Assembly (NCBI GenBank): GCA_963825865.1
Contig: CAWGVG010000026.1
Coordinates: 128,001 to 192,000, forward strand
DNA: 64,000 nucleotides
Source of the DNA: an uncultured Nitrososphaeraceae archaeon
GTDB taxonomy: Archaea; Thermoproteota; Nitrososphaeria; Nitrososphaerales; Nitrososphaeraceae
Direction of reading: 5' to 3'
Below the pieces are notes generated by a model. It was not told the DNA's origin, made no database searches, and worked only from the letters and a program-made list of their open reading frames with translations. Shown here piece by piece: positions 60,104 to 64,000 of the stretch; positions within the stretch are counted from its first letter, which is position 1; every line of letters begins with the position of its first letter. The position numbers were made by a program, and so were the translations under genes.

Positions 60104-61123
60104 CTACAAGAATTCAAGATATGACTCTGCTAGTTTTAAATGGTCTTCTGATTCTCTAACATATTCCATTCTTTTGTTTGTGAATATTTTTTCGTTTCTT
60201 GCACTGAAAAGAGATACTTTGGCTCTTACACACGCTTTGTAACACATTAAAAAGTAAACTAATCCTGATAATTTAACATCATTGCTTTTCATTATATACT
60301 GTGAAATGAAGTATTTCCTAAGGTCGTCTCTTTTGTGATAGTCCAAGTCCATAGAAAGATGCGCCACATCTTCTGCAACGTCCGCATATCTTAAAAAGTC
60401 ATTGAATTCTATTCTATCATATAGATAAAATTTATTTTTTATGATGAAAATATTTTTCAGATACAAATCACCATGTATATCGCGAATTCTGTTTCCTGCA
60501 ATTCGACTATAAAATAAGGCATCATTATTTTTAATAAATGAATTTAGTTTCTTCTCAAACTTTGAATCGACTGTTGACTTTAACTTTGCAAGAGTCTGAA
60601 AATTCTCAGCAATCTTTTTTTTCATGAACTTTGGCTGACCAAAACACTTAATTGTATCATTTGTTGGTGTCAGGCGATGGAATTTAACTAGTGTTTCTGT
60701 TAGGTTTCCAACAGTTTCTAGACCAACTTTGCCTGCAGCAATAAGGTTATCCATACGAAATTCCTGCGGCATCTGTCTCATCTTAAGCGCATATTCTACT
60801 GCTTTTCCGCTTTCTTGTAGATTTACCATTTTAACAATGTTACTATTTTCTTCTTTGATGATTTTTACAACTTCTATATACATACTGCCACACAGGGTTT
60901 TGTTTAATATCAATTCTTTCTCACAAGTTTTTCTTCTCTTTGCCAATGTGGAAAAATCGAGAACTTTACCAAATTTTAGTGCCTTTTTTATCTTATATGC
61001 GTAGGATCCGGTAAGACATACCCAGGAGATATGAGTTTCTTCTATCTTGATATTTGATACCTTATGGGAGTATACACTTTTTTCTAGAAGAGCTGAAATT
61101 AATTTTTGTTGATTTGAACTCAA
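60104..61123 (-). CDS. Aminoglycoside-phosphotransferase-like kinase domain (N-terminal half of Rv2004c-type proteins)
   Basis: ETHISWV.LTG.YAYKIKK, HGDL...NI, DRIEFN and RAKV. Confidence 0.87.
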   Translation of the reverse strand: MSSNQQKLISALLEKSVYSHKVSNIKIEETHISWVCLTGSYAYKIKKALKFGKVLDFSTLAKRRKTCEKELILNKTLCGSMYIEVVKIIKEENSNIVKMVNLQESGKAVEYALKMRQMPQEFRMDNLIAAGKVGLETVGNLTETLVKFHRLTPTNDTIKCFGQPKFMKKKIAENFQTLAKLKSTVDSKFEKKLNSFIKNNDALFYSRIAGNRIRDIHGDLYLKNIFIIKNKFYLYDRIEFNDFLRYADVAEDVAHLSMDLDYHKRDDLRKYFISQYIMKSNDVKLSGLVYFLMCYKACVRAKVSLFSARNEKIFTNKRMEYVRESEDHLKLAESYLEFL

Positions 61124-61632
61124 TTTTTTGTTTCATTTTTTAATATTCGATTCGCTATATCTATTGAGTTCTTATTTGCAGACTGTTGACTTGTATCAAC
61201 TACAATATGCTTTTCTTTTATTGATTGATATCTCATTCTCATCTTTTTGTAGATAGAAATATCGGCATCTGAATAATCATTTTTTCTGTTTCTCAGTCTT
61301 GAAATTGCAATATGTTCAGGGCAAGTGCATTCAACGATACTTATTTGTGGTGATGAGATCAAATTCAACTTTTTCTTTAACTCTTTTCGAGATTTTTCTG
61401 TATTGAAAGTAGCATCAAGGATGCAATTTATTCCCGCATCATTCAAATATTTTGCTAACAACAACATGACATCGTAAATTAACTTTTTTTCCTGTTTTCT
61501 ATAGGTTGGCTTTGATATCAGTTCCTTTCTGATCTTATCTGTAGATAGAATAACTGCTCTAATTAACGGTGCGAGCTCCTTTGCTAGACTGGTCTTTCCG
61601 ACGCCAGGCAAACCACAAACAATAATTATCAA
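61120..61632 (-). CDS. AAA_33 P-loop kinase (C-terminal half of Rv2004c-type proteins)
   Basis: CGLPGVGKT, STDKIRKEL, ILDATF and SDAD. Confidence 0.87.
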   Translation of the reverse strand: MIIIVCGLPGVGKTSLAKELAPLIRAVILSTDKIRKELISKPTYRKQEKKLIYDVMLLLAKYLNDAGINCILDATFNTEKSRKELKKKLNLISSPQISIVECTCPEHIAISRLRNRKNDYSDADISIYKKMRMRYQSIKEKHIVVDTSQQSANKNSIDIANRILKNETKN

Positions 61633-62007
61633 GTTCCGTTAAAAAATACTGTTCTGTTAACTTATTTAGGGTACTCACAAATTAAAATATTGTATTTAGA
61701 AAAGACGACTACTATAACTTCGTAATGTGATGACAATTAAATGTCAGATATTATATCAAGAGCTGACGTTAAATATTTTACTTCAGATAATGCTATAGAA
61801 TCTTTGACAACTGCAATAGGAATCAAGTCTTATTATTATTATTCGTCTGCATTGCAGTTTAGATGATCTGTCATTATATTAATATTTATCAGGTATGCTG
61901 GTATCCTAGCAGGATATGAATTTTAATTAGAGCTTCTTTTTAACTAAAAATGCGTATGTCCTGTATTGGTAGTAAAGTGAATTAGATAGTATACCACAAA
62001 TCTTTGC

Positions 62008-62439
62008 CTATCTTACTATGACAACCGGGCACTTTGCATAATGAGTAACCTTATATGAAGCACTTCCCATGAGAAATTCTTTGGAAGCTTTAACTCCTCT
62101 GCTACCTATCACTATTGTATCTACTTTTTGTTTATCTGCTATACGTAATATCTCTTCTGCAACATCATTTCCTCTGGACTCGATGACATCGATAGAGGTA
62201 ATTACTGATGATTCCTTTGCTCTTGACTTGTATTTTTGCAACATCTCTAGATCTCTTTGTTCTAATTCTTTCAAGATCGAATGGCCAATACTAACGAATT
62301 CTTCGAGCACATGTACAATTAGTAATCCAGATCCACATTTTTTAGCCAGATAAGATGCATATTCAAAAGCCTTTTCTGCGTACTCAGAACCATCAACAGC
62401 AACAAGAATTTTTGATATCATTTGCTTATTATTTTGCAC
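62008..62439 (-). CDS. Universal stress protein
   Basis: ILVAVDGS, IGSRG and MGS..KV.HYAKCPV. Confidence 0.92.
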   Translation of the reverse strand: MQNNKQMISKILVAVDGSEYAEKAFEYASYLAKKCGSGLLIVHVLEEFVSIGHSILKELEQRDLEMLQKYKSRAKESSVITSIDVIESRGNDVAEEILRIADKQKVDTIVIGSRGVKASKEFLMGSASYKVTHYAKCPVVIVR

Positions 62440-62570
62440 ATCTAGCAGATATATGTGTGTGAATTACATATTATAAATTTAATTTGAGTTAATTTGCTTT
62501 CTTCTCACTCACATTCACATCTATACTATATGGTCAAAGTAAATGTGCAATAATGTAACCTGTAAGCAGT

Positions 62571-63152
62571 TTACCATTGTCTCCTATCTCCTTCAAGCAG
62601 ACCACTACCAATGTGAATTCTATCTATATGTTTTGACATTTCAGCTTTATCTTTGAACTGTGATTGACAATAAGGACAAATTATTTTTGTTGCCTCTCCT
62701 TCAATTACATTAGCAGGCAATTCAACTTCAGCAAGGTCTAACTTATCGCTTGGAACATTTCCTACTATGGACTTAAGGGTTATAATTCCTGTAATACTAT
62801 TTCCTCCCGCTTTCTTTACTGCCAATCTTCTAATGTGTTTGGTTCTCATCAATAGTACTGCATCTTTAACGGATTCTTCTTCAGCAATGGTAATTAGTGG
62901 AGAACTCATTATGTCTTTCAATGTGACCTTAAAGGGGCCTTTATTTTCAGCTACTACACGATATAATATGTCCCTTTCAGTTACAATTCCAATCGGCTCA
63001 TTTGAATTCTTGCTAGTAACCAGAACACTCAAAACATCTTTATCTCGCATTAATTTTGCTGCTTCAGCAACAAGGGTGTCTTCAGATAGAGTTACATAGT
63101 TTTTTTCAGCAATACTTTCAACCTTTTGCGATAGATAAGAATTAGCATACAT
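62571..63152 (-). CDS. CBS domain protein with C-terminal C2H2 zinc finger
   Basis: Two CBS repeats plus CPYC...HIDRIH. Confidence 0.88.
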   Translation of the reverse strand: MYANSYLSQKVESIAEKNYVTLSEDTLVAEAAKLMRDKDVLSVLVTSKNSNEPIGIVTERDILYRVVAENKGPFKVTLKDIMSSPLITIAEEESVKDAVLLMRTKHIRRLAVKKAGGNSITGIITLKSIVGNVPSDKLDLAEVELPANVIEGEATKIICPYCQSQFKDKAEMSKHIDRIHIGSGLLEGDRRQW

Positions 63153-63464
63153 CCAATAAATATCATGATAATTACCTTATATTATTATATGCGTTTTTGC
63201 TGTCCAAAACATATATTACAAAATCAGATCCTTGCATTGTCATTGTCATAGACTTACTTCCTAACACTTTATGATATAGTCTTTACTAGTTACTATGGGA
63301 TATTAATAATGATGAGAATGGTAGCAATATAATATATAATTGAGGCTTGGACATAATTCTAGATTCGTATTTTTGGCAATGTTGCCATAGATAAGTAAAA
63401 AACAAAAAGATGTTTCCAATCTGACATTACTTAAAAATTCAAATAAAAATACTTCACAGATTCT

Positions 63465-63995
63465 CTAATGTACAATCAGTACACAGGGCAGCTAGACCTC
63501 TCAGCAATAGCTCTAGATATACTTCCTAATACCTTAATCTTTGATATTCCACTTAAGCCTACAGCTCCTACTACTATCAAGTCTACTTTTTCTTTATCTG
63601 CAAATTCAGTTATAGTATTTGGTATAGAAATTCCTCTGCCTCCAACAAAAACTTCTGTTCTTATAGTAAAATTACTATTACTACAGTTTGTCTTACTCTC
63701 ATATTTTTTCTTTCTTTTAGCTAGTATTTCTATCGCACTTGACTTTATTGATTCATGCATTTCTTCAATATAATCAGAAAGTGAAATCTTTTCACCAGTT
63801 TTAAGTGAACGCATTGGTTTTTCAAATCCGAGTGGAACAGGAAAGATCTGGAATAACATATAATATTATAATTTTTGTCTTGTTATTACTACTACTAGTG
63901 TTACTAGACGTAGATTTTACAAGGTTAATCGCATGCTCTAGGGCTTTATCTGCTGGCTTGGAACCATCAATTGGAACTAGGATTTTACTATACAT
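63465..63995 (-). CDS. Universal stress protein (frameshifts)
   Basis: MYSKILVPIDGSKPADKAL at 63995; VDLIVVG...LGSISRAIAERSSCPV. Confidence 0.85.
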
Positions 63996-64000
63996 GGGTC

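Overview
AT-rich archaeal DNA, very probably from a soil ammonia-oxidising archaeon (Nitrososphaeraceae). This is inferred from the archaeal rpl7ae-rps28e-rpl24e-ndk-infB block, archease, hisS, a BHB-intron tRNA and typical Nitrososphaera-type accessory families. Essential genes (infB, hisS) carry single-base frameshifts, so most broken ORFs are probably long-read consensus errors rather than true pseudogenes. About 1-20 kb is mostly housekeeping. About 20-64 kb is accessory: an ABC exporter, DNA-repair genes (PolX, Fpg/Nei, UvsE), membrane proteins with a TetR, an IS630 inserted in a TPR gene, a GH5, phage-like and lectin remnants, and a USP/CBS/kinase/acyl-CoA-ligase stress cluster. The most striking observation is two diverged copies (44-285 and 21168-21402) of an unannotated ~240-nt intergenic element. 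The copies share invariant motifs, covarying helices, a candidate pseudoknot and a TATA-like box at matching distance, which suggests a multi-copy large structured ncRNA that I cannot assign to a known family. Also notable are a membrane protein with two PmoC/AmoC-type D-x3-H-x12-H motifs and a tRNA-Leu with two introns.
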